In this document: positions 1-14,089 of the stretch, piece after piece
Position numbering within the stretch: position 1 is the stretch's first letter
Layout of the letters: each line of letters begins with the position of its first letter
Assembly: GCF_009914755.1 (NCBI RefSeq)
Contig: NC_060925.1
DNA: 64,000 bases
Reading direction: 5' to 3' (one strand)
Source: the human T2T-CHM13v2.0 reference genome, Homo sapiens
Position numbers and translations under genes: made by a program
The notes under the pieces: model-generated
The model's input: only the letters and a program-made list of their open reading frames with translations
The model's database searches: none
Told to the model about the DNA's origin: nothing

Positions 1-59
1 AAAAAGATATTTGGGCTTATAATGTGGTATTCGACTTGTAGCATATGACATGGTTTTAG

Positions 60-760
60 GTCATCCAGGTTAAGAAATCCAGCAGGCAATTACTGATACT
101 CTAGGTCTAGAGCCCAGAAGATGCAGGAGCTAGAAATAGACATTTAATAACTTTCAGTATATGATGCATGACAGCAGAGGACCCGTGCATCATTCATGCA
201 TGGGCTCAGCAAGTGTGGAAAAAATAATCTACAATTAGAACCCTAGGGAATACCAGCATCTAATTGGATGCAAGGCAAGAGAAGCCAACTAAGATGGGAA
301 AAAAGGAGAACCCAGAATGAAAAGTATTGCCAAAGCCTCGAAGAAGGATGTTTCAGAAGTTTCTCTGCCACTGGAGAGGGTCAAGAGAATTAAAAAAAAA
401 AACCAAACAAACAAAACCCCACAAAGCACAAACTCTCTCAAATAATGGATTCCCATAAAGCCCACTTGGAATTCTGTGAAAGGGTGTCACCTTGGAGAGT
501 TATAAAAATCAATTGGCCTGCTTCCAGAACTCAGTGCCTAGGGTTAATAAACTGGAAAGCAGAGGTGTTTTCTAAGACAGACAATTGGTTTTGATGGGCA
601 CCAAAAAGCAGCTGTTGGGTTTGCAAAAAGGAGTCATTGGTGACTTAGCCAGGAAACATTTCAGTAGAGTAATAGGAGCAGAGACAAATTTACATGGTTT
701 CAGAAGTCAGTGGATTTGAAGAAATAGAAACAAGAAGTAAAGCATGCACTTTCAAAAGTG
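60..760 (-). mobile_element. Degraded L2 fragments
   Basis: Similarity by eye to antisense L2 (ggcaattactgatact...gagctagaaatagacatt; tcattggtgacttagccagg). Confidence 0.45.
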
Positions 761-1499
761 GCATTTCTACAACTGTTTTATGCTTTCCTCGTTTCTTTTT
801 CTCTCTCTCTTAAACACCAATTGTCTGTCCTGGAAAACACTTCTGCTTTCAATTCACTGGGTGCTGTTTTCCGAAAATAGACCAATCCATTCTCATAACT
901 CTCCAAGATCACATTTACCCTTTCACAGAATTCCAAGAGGGTCTTACAGGAACCCATGATTTGCAGGGTTTTTGCTCTTGCCAAAAAAGTGTTTCTAGAG
1001 AAAATCAATAAAAAGATTGAAAAGTCCCTGGGGGAGTGAGGGTACACCCCACAGGATGGGTACCCCTGTAAAGGGGTCTGCCATGGGTCTGCGTAGGGAG
1101 TCAGTCCTCCTCTCTCTCCAGTGAATGGCACGGTGCCAGTGAAGAAGGAAAAGGGGGCGGCTGCACTCTCAAGCTTCTCTTCTAACACCAAGCTTTCTTT
1201 CCTACTTTAGCTTGAGACCAACAAAAAGTGGAGAACTTAGGGTAGTGTGGGACCAGGTCCCTGGTAAGCTGGGTTCTAGTTCCAGCTCTACTTCTTATCC
1301 CCAGGTTCTACCAAAGAGAGAGTTTTCCTACTCTAGTTTGATTTCTTAAAATACAAATATGATTAATACATTTGCTTAAAACCTTCAGTGTGGTTTCACC
1401 TTGCCCTAGAATTAAGTTCAGTATCCTTAGTAGGAACAAACAGCACCTTCCACATCTAATAGCTGCTAGATCTCTCCTCCAATTCTCTTGTCCAAACAA

Positions 1500-1890
1500 G
1501 TGGAATTTTTTTCTTCCAAAGCAACATGCTGTTCTCTCTCCTTGTGGCTTTGAAATGTACTAATCCTCTCCCTAGAGGCCTCAGTTTTCACACTTTATCT
1601 GGCAACCTTGAACTCCTCTCAGTTTTGATGCCAGCTTCTTCAGGGAACTCTTTTCAATTCCCTAGGCTTGGTTAGACCCCTAGATCAGATTATATGTTTA
1701 TTTCCTAGCACTCAAATGCCTTGCGTCGGTTGTTTAAGGTCAGTCTCTCCTACTAGAATATTAAGCATCCATCAGGGCAGGGAGCTTGTCTGCCTTTTTA
1801 CTACTACGACCCTAGCACCAAGCATCAAAAAATGAATAACATGTTCTTTTGTTCATTCATTCATTCAATATGTTGTAAGTAGCTGATCAT
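1500..1890. mobile_element. L2 3' end fragments
   Basis: ctactagaatattaagc...gggcagggagcttgtc and cattcattcattcaa L2 terminal motifs. Confidence 0.55.
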
Positions 1891-1907
1891 ACAATATATG
1901 AAAAATC

Positions 1908-4307
1908 CTCTCCCTCTCCCTCCCCCTCCCCCTCCCCCTCCCCCTCCCCCTCCCCCTCCCCCTCTCCGTCTCCGTCTCCCTCTCCCTCCTCTCCACGGTC
2001 TCCCTCTGATGCCGAGCCGAAGCTGGACTGTACTGCTGCGATCTCGGCTCACTGCAACCTCCCTGCCTGATTCTCCTGCCTCAGCCTGCCGAGTGCCTGC
2101 GATTACAGGCGCGCGCCGCCACGCCTGACTGGTTTTCGTTTTTTTTTGGTGGAGACGGGGTTTTGCTGTGTTGGCCGCGCTGGTCTCCAGCTCCTAACCG
2201 CGAGTGATCCGCCAGCCTCGGCCTCCCGAGGTGCCGGGATTGCAGACAGAGTCTCGTTCACTCAGTGCTCAATGGTGCCAAGGCTGGAGTGCAGTGGCGT
2301 GATCTCGGCTCGCTACAACCTCCACTTCCCAGCCGCCTGCCTTGGCCTCCCAAAGAGCCGAGATTGCAGCCTCTGCCCGGCCGCCACCCCGTCTGGGAAG
2401 TGAGGAGCGTCTCTGCCTGGCCACCCATCGTCTGGGATATGAGGAGCCCCTCTGCCTGGCTGCCCAGTCTGGAAAGTGAGGAGCGTCTCTGCCCGGCCGC
2501 CATCCCATCTAGGAAGCGAGGAGCGCCTCTTCCCCGCCGCCATCCCATCTAGGAAGTGAGGAGCGTCTCTGCCCGGCCGCCCATCGTCTGAGATGTGGGG
2601 AGCACCTCTGCCCGGCCGCCCCGTCTGAGAAGTGAGGAAACCCTCTGCCTGGCAACCACCCCGTCTGAGAAGTGAGGAGCCCCTCCGTCCGGCAGCCACC
2701 CCGTCTGGGAAGTGAGGAGCGTCTCCGCCCGGCAGCCACCCCGTCCGGGAGGGAGGTGGGGGGGGGTCAGCCCCCCGCCCGGCCAGCCGCCCCGTCCGGG
2801 AGGTGAGGGGCTCCTCTGCCCGGCCGCCCCTACTGGGAAGTGAGGAGCCCCTCTGCCCGGTCAGTTGCCCCGTCCAGGAGGGAGGTGGGGGGGTCAGCCC
2901 CCCGCCCGGCCAGCCGCCCCGTCCGGGAGGGAGGTGGGGGGGATCAGCCCCCCGCCTGGCCAGCCACCCCGTCCGGGAGGTGAGGGGCGCCTCTGCCCGG
3001 CCGCCCCTACTGGGAAGTGAGGAGCCCCTCTGCCCGGCCAGCCGCCCCGTCCGGGAGGGAGGTGGGGGGGTCAGCCCCCCGCCCGGCCGGCCGCCCCGTC
3101 TGGGAGGTGAGGGGCGCCTCTGCCCGGCCGCCCCTACTGGGAAGTGAGGACCCCTCTGCCCGGCCAGCCGCCCCGTCCGGGAGGGAGGTGGGGGGATCAG
3201 CCCCCCGCCCAGCCAGCCGCCCAGTCCGGGAGGGAGGTGGGGGGTCAGCCCCCCGCCTGGCCAGCCGCCCCGTCCGGGAGGTAAGGGGCGCCTCTGCCCG
3301 GCCGCCCCTACTGGGAAGTGAGGAGCCCCTCTGCCCGGCCAGCCGCCCCGTCCGGGAGGGAGGCGGGGGGGGGGGGGTCGGCCAGCCGCCCCGTCCGGGA
3401 GGGAGGTGGGGGGGTCAGCCCCCCGCCCGGCCGGTCGCCCCGTCCGGGAGGTGAGGGACGCCTCTGCCTGGCTGCCCCTACTGGGAAGTGAGGACCCCTC
3501 TGCCCCGCCAGCCGCCCCGTCCAGGAGGGAGGTGGGGGGGTCAGCCCCCCGCCCGGCCAGCCGCCCTATCCAGGAGGTGAGGGGCGCCTCTGCCCGGCCG
3601 CCCCTACTGGCAAGTGAGGAGCCCCTCTGCCTGGCCAGCCGCCCCGTCCGGGAGGGTGGTGGGGGGGTCAGCCCCCCGCCCGGCCAGCCGCCCCATCCGG
3701 GAGGTGAGGGGCGCTTCTGCCCGGCCGCCCCTACTGGGAAGTGAGGAGCCCCTCTGCCTGGCCACGACCCCGTCTGGGAGGTGTGCCCAGCGGCTCATTG
3801 GGGATGGGCCATGATGACAATGGCGGTTTTGTGGAATAGAAAGGCGGGAAGGGTGGGGAAAAAATTGAGAAATCGGATGGTTGCCGGGTCTGTGTGGATA
3901 GAAGTAGACATGGGAGACTTTTCATTTTGTTCTGTACTAAGAAAAATTCTTCTGCCTTGGGATCCTGTTGATCTGTGACCTTATCCCCAACCCTGTGCTC
4001 TCTGAAACATGTGCTGTGTCCACTCAGGGTTAAATGGATTAAGGGCGGTGCAAGATGTGCTTTGTTAAACAGATGCTTGAAGGCAGCATGCTCCTTAAGA
4101 GTCATCACTACTCCCTAATCTCAAGTACCCAGGGACACAAACACTGCGGAAGGCCGCAGGGTCCTCTGCCTAGGAAAACCAGAGACCTTTGTTCACTTGT
4201 TTATCTGCTGACCTTCCCTCCACTATTGTCCTATGACCCTGCCAAATCCCCCTCTGCGAGAAACACCCAAGAATGATCAATAAAAAAAAAAAAAAATAAA
4301 TAAATAA

Positions 4308-4344
<37 letters not shown>

Positions 4345-4345
4345 A
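1908..4345 (+). mobile_element. Full-length SVA retrotransposon (SVA_D-F-like)
   Basis: CCCTCT/CCCCCT hexamers 1908-2000, antisense Alu-like region ~2000-2390, GC-rich VNTR ~2390-3780, SINE-R ~3780-4280 ending AATAAA + A/(TAAA)n tail. Confidence 0.98.
2390..3780 (+). repeat. SVA VNTR
   Basis: Tandem ~35-50 bp units such as GCCTCTGCCCGGCCGCCCCTACTGGGAAGTGAGGAGCCC and CCGGGAGGGAGGTGGGGGGGTCAGCCCCCCG. Confidence 0.95.
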
Positions 4346-4738
4346 AACAATAATGCTTCTGAAGCCCCTAGCTCATGTCTGAGACAAGCTACAGGCTTCA
4401 CTGACATCAGCAGTTACAATTAAAAAAAAAAAAAAAAAAAAGGAAAGCCCTAAGACAACAGGCTTCATGCCTCACATTTATAAAGAATATCAAGTCCTCC
4501 AGACAGCTAAGTTTGCTAAGTTTGTGATGATACGAAAAATTAGGGAAAGATTTTCCTATTTTGTGAATCACTGAGGGAAGCTATGTGGTTAAGTACATAA
4601 GGAAAAAAACTAGACTATTTCTAGTTTCTGGAAGCGGCATTATCTGTAACCTTGTTTTGATCGTCTTAATAACAATCCTTTAAATGTTAATGTGAGAAAT
4701 GACTAATAAACAATTATTAAAAATGAAAAAAAAAAAAA
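4346..4738 (+). mobile_element. 3' transduced sequence carried by the SVA
   Basis: Non-SVA sequence after the SVA tail, with its own AATAAA (4705-4710) and poly(A) (4726-4738), then GAAAAATC (4739-4746) duplicating 1900-1907. Confidence 0.8.
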
Positions 4739-5849
4739 GAAAAATCTCTTCCAAAAATATAAGATCCAAATACTTGGAACATTTTCTGAAGAAAAATGCA
4801 GTCAATATAAATCTAGTCAACAGTCCTGAAGCCAAAACTCAAAATGTGCATTTATAATAAAGGATGATACTATTATGATTACTATACATGACTTCAAACT
4901 GGTTTTTATATCTCATTACTTTTATAATCAAATTATTACATTAATATATGTCACTAATAATATATATTTGATCTCAGACAGGTCATTATATCTTAGTACC
5001 AGAAGGGATCTTAGAGAGCTCCTAACTCCTTGTATTTTTGGGGACTATATCAAATTTAAATATTCTAGATCCCATAAATCATTGACATTTCACAGAAATT
5101 CTAATATTCCTACAAACAATATCTGAAAGAGTTAAGTTAGCAAACATCACAATGACTTAGTAAGCTGAGTTCATCAAACACGCAAATATGAGTAAAACAA
5201 TACTCTACCAACTTCTACTGTAAACAAATGGTGAGAATTACAATTCAAATATTTTATTAACTAACATTTTTTCCCTGAACTTTTTCATTGAATTGCCCAA
5301 ATCTTTGAATGATACTTCATATACTTTTACAAATATATACAACCATAAAGCTGCCATTCAGATCAATATATACATTATCTACACCTCATACACTGCCTTC
5401 TGCCCCATTGCGATGAACCTCTGGCCCCACTCCCACCAAAGGTAGTCAGCATTCTAAATTCTTTCACCATACTTGGGCTTTTCTTTTTTGAACTTCATAT
5501 AAATACAATCATAAAATATGTCCTTTTTTGTGTCTAGCTATTTTTGTTCAAAATTATATGGGTTAGATTCATATATACTTTTGCATTTAATAATAATTTG
5601 GTCTTTTTCATTACTGTATAGTATTCCATTGACTATATCTGCCACACCATGCTACTATTGATGGACTTGTGGATTGTTTCCAATTTGGGGCTACTGGGAG
5701 TACAACTTCTGTGAAAAGTTTTGTGTTGTGGTGCATACATTTACACATTTCTGTTGGTTATAAGCCTATCTATGAAATTGCTAAGTCATAGGGTAGGCTT
5801 ATGTTCAGCTTTGGTAGATATTGCCCAAAAGGTTTTCTTTTTTTTAAAT

Positions 5850-5903
5850 TTTTTTTTTTTGAGACAGACTCCTGCACTGTTGCCCGGGCTGGAGTGCAAT
5901 GGC
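5850..5903 (-). mobile_element. Truncated Alu fragment
   Basis: Alu 3' end with TSD-like cccaaaa(a/g)gtttt. Confidence 0.75.
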
Positions 5904-6034
5904 CCAAAAAGTTTTCAAAGTGATTGCAGTAATCTACTGTGCCAATTTACCCACCTACCAGCAGAATATGAGAGTTCCAGTTGCTCTACAACCTTTTCAA
6001 CTCTTGATATTCTAAGTTTTTGTTGTATTATTTA

Positions 6035-6349
<315 letters not shown>

Positions 6350-6547
6350 TGTATTACTTACTTTTTAACTGTTCTGGTGTAGAAGTACCTTCTTATAGTT
6401 TTCATTTGTATTTTGTATTTTCCTAATAAATAATGATGTTGAGCATTTTTTCATATGTTTATTAGCCATCTAGACATTCTCTTTATTAATAAAGCTTTGA
6501 GAAGAAAACATAGACTATCATCATTACCTTGGGACAGGCAAAGATTT

Positions 6548-6720
6548 CTTTTTTTTCTTTTAAGCAATGAGATCTCACTATGTTCCCTAGGCTGGAGTGC
6601 AGTGGCTATACACAGGTGTAATCATAGCACACTACAGCCTTAAACCTCTAGGCTCTATCAATCCTCCTGTCTCAACCTCCAGAGTTGCTGGGACTACAGG
6701 CAGATGCCACTGCACCTGGA
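6548..6720 (-). mobile_element. Old Alu monomer (FRAM/AluJ)
   Basis: Right-arm Alu similarity. Confidence 0.8.
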
Positions 6721-6737
6721 AAACACTTCTTAAATAG

Positions 6738-6738
<1 letters not shown>

Positions 6739-6778
<40 letters not shown>
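6739..6778. repeat. (AC)20 microsatellite
   Basis: Direct reading. Confidence 0.97.
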
Positions 6779-6781
<3 letters not shown>

Positions 6782-6834
6782 TCCATAAAGAAAAGAGTGA
6801 TAATGTAGACTTCCATTAAAATGTAAACATTCTG

Positions 6835-7135
6835 AGCCAGGCACAGTGGCTCACACCTGTAATCCCAGCACTTTGGGAGGTTGACACAGGAGAATTGCCT
6901 GAGTCCAGGGGTTTGAGACCAGCCTGGGCAGCATGGCAAAACCCCGTCTCTACAAAAAAATTAAAAATTAGCCTGGTGTAGCAGAGTGCACCTGTAGTCC
7001 CAGCTAATTCGGAGGCTGAGGTGGAAGGAACACTTGAACCCAGGAGGTAAGGCTGCAGTGAGCCAAGATCATACCATTGCACTCCAGCCTGGGTGACAGA
7101 GTAAAACCCTGTCTCAAACAAACAAACAAAAAATA
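6835..7135 (+). mobile_element. AluJ
   Basis: Dimeric Alu, diverged. Confidence 0.9.
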
Positions 7136-7181
7136 AGTAAATATTCTGTTAATCAAAGGACACCATTAAAAGAATAAAAAA

Positions 7182-8100
<919 letters not shown>

Positions 8101-8835
8101 GAATTAAACCTTCTTTATCATAAAGCATTACAAACACTGAAGTATTTTTGACTACACTTGTTTCTTTTGTCTATCTTTAATAAAGATAATTCATTCATGC
8201 AGTTTCAATGTTTTATATCTTTGCACAACTTTCTATATAAATAAAATCACAAATCAGGATAAAAACAATTCTTTTGAGCCGTAGTTTGTCCTCTTTGGAG
8301 TTTGGAAAATATACCCACAATAATTACTCCATCTAGTCTAGCTCCCCATTCGCCTGAGCCTTTATCTGACAAATGAACTCCCGGTTCTCAGGATTTCCAA
8401 ATGTTCCAATAAAAACATGGAAAGGAATGATTCCCTCTCTGTCTTCAAGGATGAGGCAGATATTCTTGTTCAGATAAAGCCTCCCAGCCTCCAGGCACCT
8501 AGGCAAAGTAAAAAAACTCATCTTTCTTCATCTCTTCTGGGACTGTCTCAGAAAGCTGGATTTTTTCCCCATGCAAATTCCTCCTCCCCCACACTACCAC
8601 ATTCTTTGAAAATCAAAAAGTCCAAGAGTAGAGTTAGGCATGGGTGGCACACACTTGTAATCCCAGCTATGTGGAGGCTGAGGAGGGAGGATTACTTAAG
8701 AAAAAGCAAAAAAAAAAAAAAAAATTGAGTTGAGTTATAGTTTTACCAAGTCTTTGTGAATACAGAATACTTAAAGTGGCAAAGCCAGCCTGGAAAACAT
8801 GGGAGAGACATAGACCCAGGTAGCTACTGAATGCT

Positions 8836-8914
8836 TACCAGATGTCAGGCAGTATACTAGTATACCAGATGTCAGGCAGTAGACTAGTATACCAGATGTC
8901 AGGCAGTAGACTAG
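8836..8914. repeat. 27-bp tandem triplication
   Basis: taccagatgtcaggcagta(t/g)actagta x ~2.9. Confidence 0.95.
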
Positions 8915-8964
8915 ATAAGTATGTCACTACTCTCAAGGGGCTTATAGTTTAGTATGAATGATCA

Positions 8965-9240
8965 ATAATAACAGCCAGAATAAAATCTTCATTTATGTAG
9001 TGCTTACACTGTGCAAGACATTGTGCAAAGCATTTGAACATATATTTTTAATATATAATATATACAGTATATTATATATGGCTTTAACACATTTTTTCAT
9101 ATTTTTAATAACTTTAATCTTCACAGCACATTTAGGAAGAAGATATTGTTTTTAATCCCCTTTTTGATCAGTATATTGAGAGGTTAAGTAACTTGGCCAA
9201 GGTCAAGTAGTAAGAATTCAGACTAAGAGTTGAAACTAAC
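8965..9240 (-). mobile_element. MIR
   Basis: gagaggttaagtaacttggccaaggtca core. Confidence 0.7.
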
Positions 9241-9259
9241 ACAATTAGAAGCGGGTAAT

Positions 9260-9740
9260 AACAAGTGCATAGATTAGACAGCCAGAATGTACATAAAAGC
9301 GTGCTAGGAACACAAAAGAGGGACGACCTTTAGCCCAGCCTGGACAAGTCCAAATCTTCCTGGAGGAGGTGATATTTGAGCCACACTGAATGGTGGGTGG
9401 ATTAGGAAGTCAGGCAAGGGGGAGGGCATTCCAGGCAGGAATTTCAGCACCCTGGGAGAAGCAGAGGTGTGAGACAACAAACCAGTGTGGCTGTGGATAC
9501 ATGTGGGAGACAAAAGCAGAGGCGTGGGAGGGCAACACCACAAGGCGCTTCATAGGCCGGCAAAGGAGTGTGAAGATTTGGGCCTTATCCCGAAAGCAGC
9601 AAGAGTCCCCAGGAGGATTTTAAGTAGGGAACTGCCTAAGTCAGATTTGGATGATGCTAGAGATGATCTGCAAAGTGGGAGGTGGTGAAGAAGCAGGGTA
9701 GGAAGCCTGGGAAGCCAGGGGAAAGAACTATTAGGGAACT
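9260..9740 (-). mobile_element. L2 fragment
   Basis: ttcctggaggaggtgatatttgagc...cattccaggcag typical of antisense L2. Confidence 0.65.
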
Positions 9741-9924
9741 AAAAACGTGTCTACTTACCTCAGAACCATACGCCACCACCATCTGTGGCCAAGGCAGCCT
9801 CACCCTAGTTTCTGACCTCACAAACAGCAGAGGTCATCTCCCTTCCCCTCCCAATTCATGGCATCCAGCCTTCTTCACCCTGCACTAAATACTTTTTCCT
9901 CTACGGGACTGTTAACTTTAGCCT

Positions 9925-10357
9925 TTTTTAAAACAGCTTTATTGAAATACGATTCGCATGCCATACAACTCAACATTTGAAGTATTCAATTCAATAGCTT
10001 TTAGTATATTCACAGAGTTGTGTATCCATCACCACGATCACTTTTAGAATATTTTCATTATCTCCAAAATAAACTTCCTACCCTTTAGCCACCATCCTCC
10101 AACTCCCCCATTCCCCTCAGCCCTAGGCAGCCACTACTCTACTTTCTGCCTCTACAGATTTGTCTATTGCGGACATTTTATATAAATGTAACTATACAAT
10201 ATGAGGTCCTTAGTGACTGGCTTCTGTCACTTTGCATAATGTTTCCAAGGTTCATCCATGTTATTGCATGTATCAGTATTTTATTCCTTTTTCTTGTTGA
10301 ATAATATTCTACTGTATGAATATACCACATTTTATATATCTTTTAATCAGTTGATAG
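9925..10357 (-). mobile_element. L1MB-type 3' end
   Basis: acagctttattgaaatacgattc...cctaggcagccactactctactttctg...ttcatccatgtt. Confidence 0.85.
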
Positions 10358-10603
10358 ACTAAGCCTTGGTTTTTAAACCAACCACTGTCAAAAAGGATGG
10401 GTTTGCCATGGTTGGCTTTTGTAATCCTCCTCCATCCTTATAGCTTCAGTGCCAGTTCCTCCAACTGAAGTAGTGACTCACACAAAAGGACAGACATGTG
10501 GATGCTAATGTTTCCTACACTAGATTATAAACCCCATGAGGGAAGGACATTTGGGCATCGTGCAAGTGAGGCATGGTAGACAGCAAAGAGCTTAAGCTTT
10601 GGT

Positions 10604-10997
10604 TATATATATATCTCTATACACACACAAACATATATATACATATATACACACATACATACACACACATATATATATATGTATATGTATATATAGAGAG
10701 AGACAGAAAGAGGGAGAAAAGCTCACTCTGCCACCCAGGCTGGAGTGCAATGGCACCATCATAGCTCACTGCAGCCTTGAACTCCTGAGTTCAAGGGAAC
10801 CTTCCACCTCAGCCTCCTGAGTAGCTGGGACTACATGTGTGTGCCACTATGCTCAGCTAATTTGTTTTTATTGTTTTGCAGAGATGAGGTCTCACTATGT
10901 CGCCCAGGCTGGTCTCAAAGTCCTGAGCTCAAGTGATCCTCCTTCCTTGGTCTCCCAAAGTGCTAGGATTATAAGCATAAGCCAAAGCTCTTGGCCA
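10604..10997 (-). mobile_element. AluJ with TA/CA-rich tail
   Basis: Alu consensus 10720-10997; microsatellite tail 10604-10705. Confidence 0.88.
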
Positions 10998-11177
10998 GCA
11001 CCTACAATTTGGAATCAAAGAATCCTGGATGTGGATTTCAGCTAAACAACTATCGGATATGCAGCTTCTTAGGTCCCTTGCTGTAAAGTGTGAATAATAA
11101 TACAGGGTGATTGAGCACTAGTGGTTCTGTAGGTAAAGTGTACTTTGTAAATTGTACCTATTATTATTAATATTACT

Positions 11178-11938
<761 letters not shown>

Positions 11939-12047
11939 TATTTTTTAGTTAAATGTTATTTGGTTTCACGCACCCATACCTTTTACATGAAGTCTGAAAT
12001 GCCTAAAACACCACACCTCCCCTGCTTGTCATGGGAATTCCATTCCC

Positions 12048-12234
12048 TTTGTTTTGTTTGTTGGTTTGTTTTTTATGAGATGGTGTCTGGCTATGTTGCC
12101 CACCCTGGAGTACAATGGCCATTCGCAGGCACCATCATTGCACATTACATGCTCTAACTCTTGGGCTCAAGCAATCCTCCTACCTCAGCCTCCCAAATAG
12201 CTGGGACTATAGGCATGCACCTCTGCACCTGGTC
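12048..12234 (-). mobile_element. Alu monomer (FAM/FRAM)
   Basis: Monomer similarity. Confidence 0.75.
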
Positions 12235-12239
12235 CCATC

Positions 12240-13020
12240 TGTGTTTCACAACCCATCCTAGGCATCAGCTTCTGAAGGAAGCTTTTCTTCCTATTCTATC
12301 TCCTGGTCAGTCCTTCTGCTGTGCTTTCTCTATGTCTTGCATCTAGTACGTGCTTCTATTCATGTACTTATCCCTCTGACTACATCATACAGTGTGTTTC
12401 TCTGATTGTTTACCTGTCTTCTGGATTATGAGTCTCTTTGGGGCAGAGGCTGTACCTATAGCACATGGCCCAGTGCCTAGAATATAGTAAAAGATCAATA
12501 TATTTCCACTGAACAAATGATATAACAGAGAGCAGAAGTCTAAATAGCCCCTAGGTTTTTGATAGTACCAGTCTCTAAGACTGGAACAAAGGACAGCTGG
12601 TTTAGGAATTAAATTCACCCAATGAAAGTCTAGCAGGCAGTTTAATACGTGTGTCTGAAAATCAGATGACAGATAAGGACCTCATATGCACTTTGGAGAG
12701 CTAATCCCACCGTTTTCAAATCCATGTCTACATGGAAACTGAAGTCATGATTTTGGTTATCAATGCCCCAAAACTGTGAATAGAGTGAGTAAAGGAGGAA
12801 ACTAAGGACTTCCAGGAATACCCATTTCAAAGGGCAGCCAAAGGAGGTGAAGATTAAAAGATAATCAGCCAGAAATACAGAACAAGAACCAAGGAAGAGA
12901 GGTGTCCCCAAAAGCCAAAGAAAAACAGAATTTCAAGAGATGCGGATGCTCCATAGTTACAAGTGGATTTGGAGGTCATCAGGAATTTAGTGGAAGCGAT
13001 TTCAGCAAAATATCAGGGGA
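12240..13020. mobile_element. L2 fragments in both orientations
   Basis: cccagtgcctagaatatagta (L2 3' end, +); ggaatacccatttcaaagggcagccaaaggagg (-). Confidence 0.6.
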
Positions 13021-13088
13021 TTGGGGTGGTTGGGATTGCAGATGGCTATGGAAAAGAGAAAAAAGGAGGAAAAGGAGGATTCACCTAC

Positions 13089-13384
13089 CTGATCACTCAG
13101 AAAAAGCCTCTCTTCCCTGCTAACAGATTTTAAGGCTGTATTTGTAGCTTCCCAAAGGACAGTCAGCTCCTCTAGAAGTCCATGGCAAGAACAACTTCAT
13201 GGTGGACTTTTTGCTTCCAGGAGATCAAATAATTTTCCAGTGTGATTGATGCCTCTCCTCACTTCAACTCAGAAGAATAGTCTTCAGTTTATGTAAATTG
13301 AATCCCACAGATGGAGTGGCATCTTCAAAGCACGTAACAGATGGATGGTACCTGAACCCTAATTCCAGACCCTCTCAGAGGTCC
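13089..13384 (-). ncRNA. Candidate internal exon of a minus-strand lncRNA (possibly LINC01344)
   Basis: Minus-strand acceptor TTTTTGTTTTTTTTTTCCAG|GGAC at 13385/13384 and donor CAG|GTAGGT at 13089/13088; non-repetitive; no long ORF. Confidence 0.45.
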
Positions 13385-13546
13385 CTGGAAAAAAAAAACA
13401 AAAACGCAATGTGCGTATATTTTGCCATAAACTAGATGAAATCCAAAAAATGGTTAAGGAGGAAGAGCTAGGCCTAATTGATCTTAAAAGCCTCAGTGGT
13501 CTCTAGGGTAGATAGGTGCCAAAGTGAGAACATAGGAATCATTTAC

Positions 13547-13630
13547 CACAGGTGCTGGTTTCTACAATCTTAATATGTCATACATGTAAGCCTTTTCTCT
13601 ACAGTTAGGCTATGAGAGCCTTGGAGAGAA
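13547..13630 (-). ncRNA. Candidate upstream/first exon of the same lncRNA
   Basis: Donor GTG|GTAAAT at 13547/13546 gives a 162-nt intron; the 5' end is a guess. Confidence 0.25.
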
Positions 13631-14089
13631 TGGGCATCCCCAAAGTACTAGACATGCAGTAGGAACTTATTAGACAATAGAATGTTTAGACAAAGGAATG
13701 ACCTTAGAGACCATCTGGCTCAGCTGTGCCAAATCATCCTTTGTAAGTGTTTTCTTGTTGACTTGTCAGGCTTTGCCACTCAATTATAAATTCTTCTAGG
13801 GGAGATCCCTAACTTATCTATCTTTCCTTTGGCAGTGCCCAGCAAGCAAAGGGTTTGGCCGTAAAAGGTGCTCACTAAATTTTTTTAAAAAGTATTTCAT
13901 CTATATACTACCACTAGATGTTTGATGAATGGAGAAATGCACTCATAAAATCTCCAAAGCATGAAATGAAGCAATGAGGAAGCCTTCCTTCCAGATACTG
14001 GATTTAATGTCACTTCCTGAAAGAGGTCTTTACTGAGTGGGTACGCACTTTAATTGTTCCACAGAACTTCTCAGCTTACCTGTGCTTCG

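Noticed and set aside
778-1191. 137-aa minus-strand ORF
   Set aside because: Non-ATG start and no recognisable homology
1211-1264. Possible + strand micro-exon (CTTTAG|...CTG|GTAAGC)
   Set aside because: Isolated splice signals overlapping MIR-like sequence; no other support
2000-3800. CpG island/gene promoter
   Set aside because: CpG richness is intrinsic to the SVA
1861-4276. Many Pro/Gly/Arg-rich ORFs
   Set aside because: They are translations of the SVA hexamer, VNTR and SINE-R
8836-8914. Direct repeats as a CRISPR-like array
   Set aside because: No spacers; primate DNA with no cas genes
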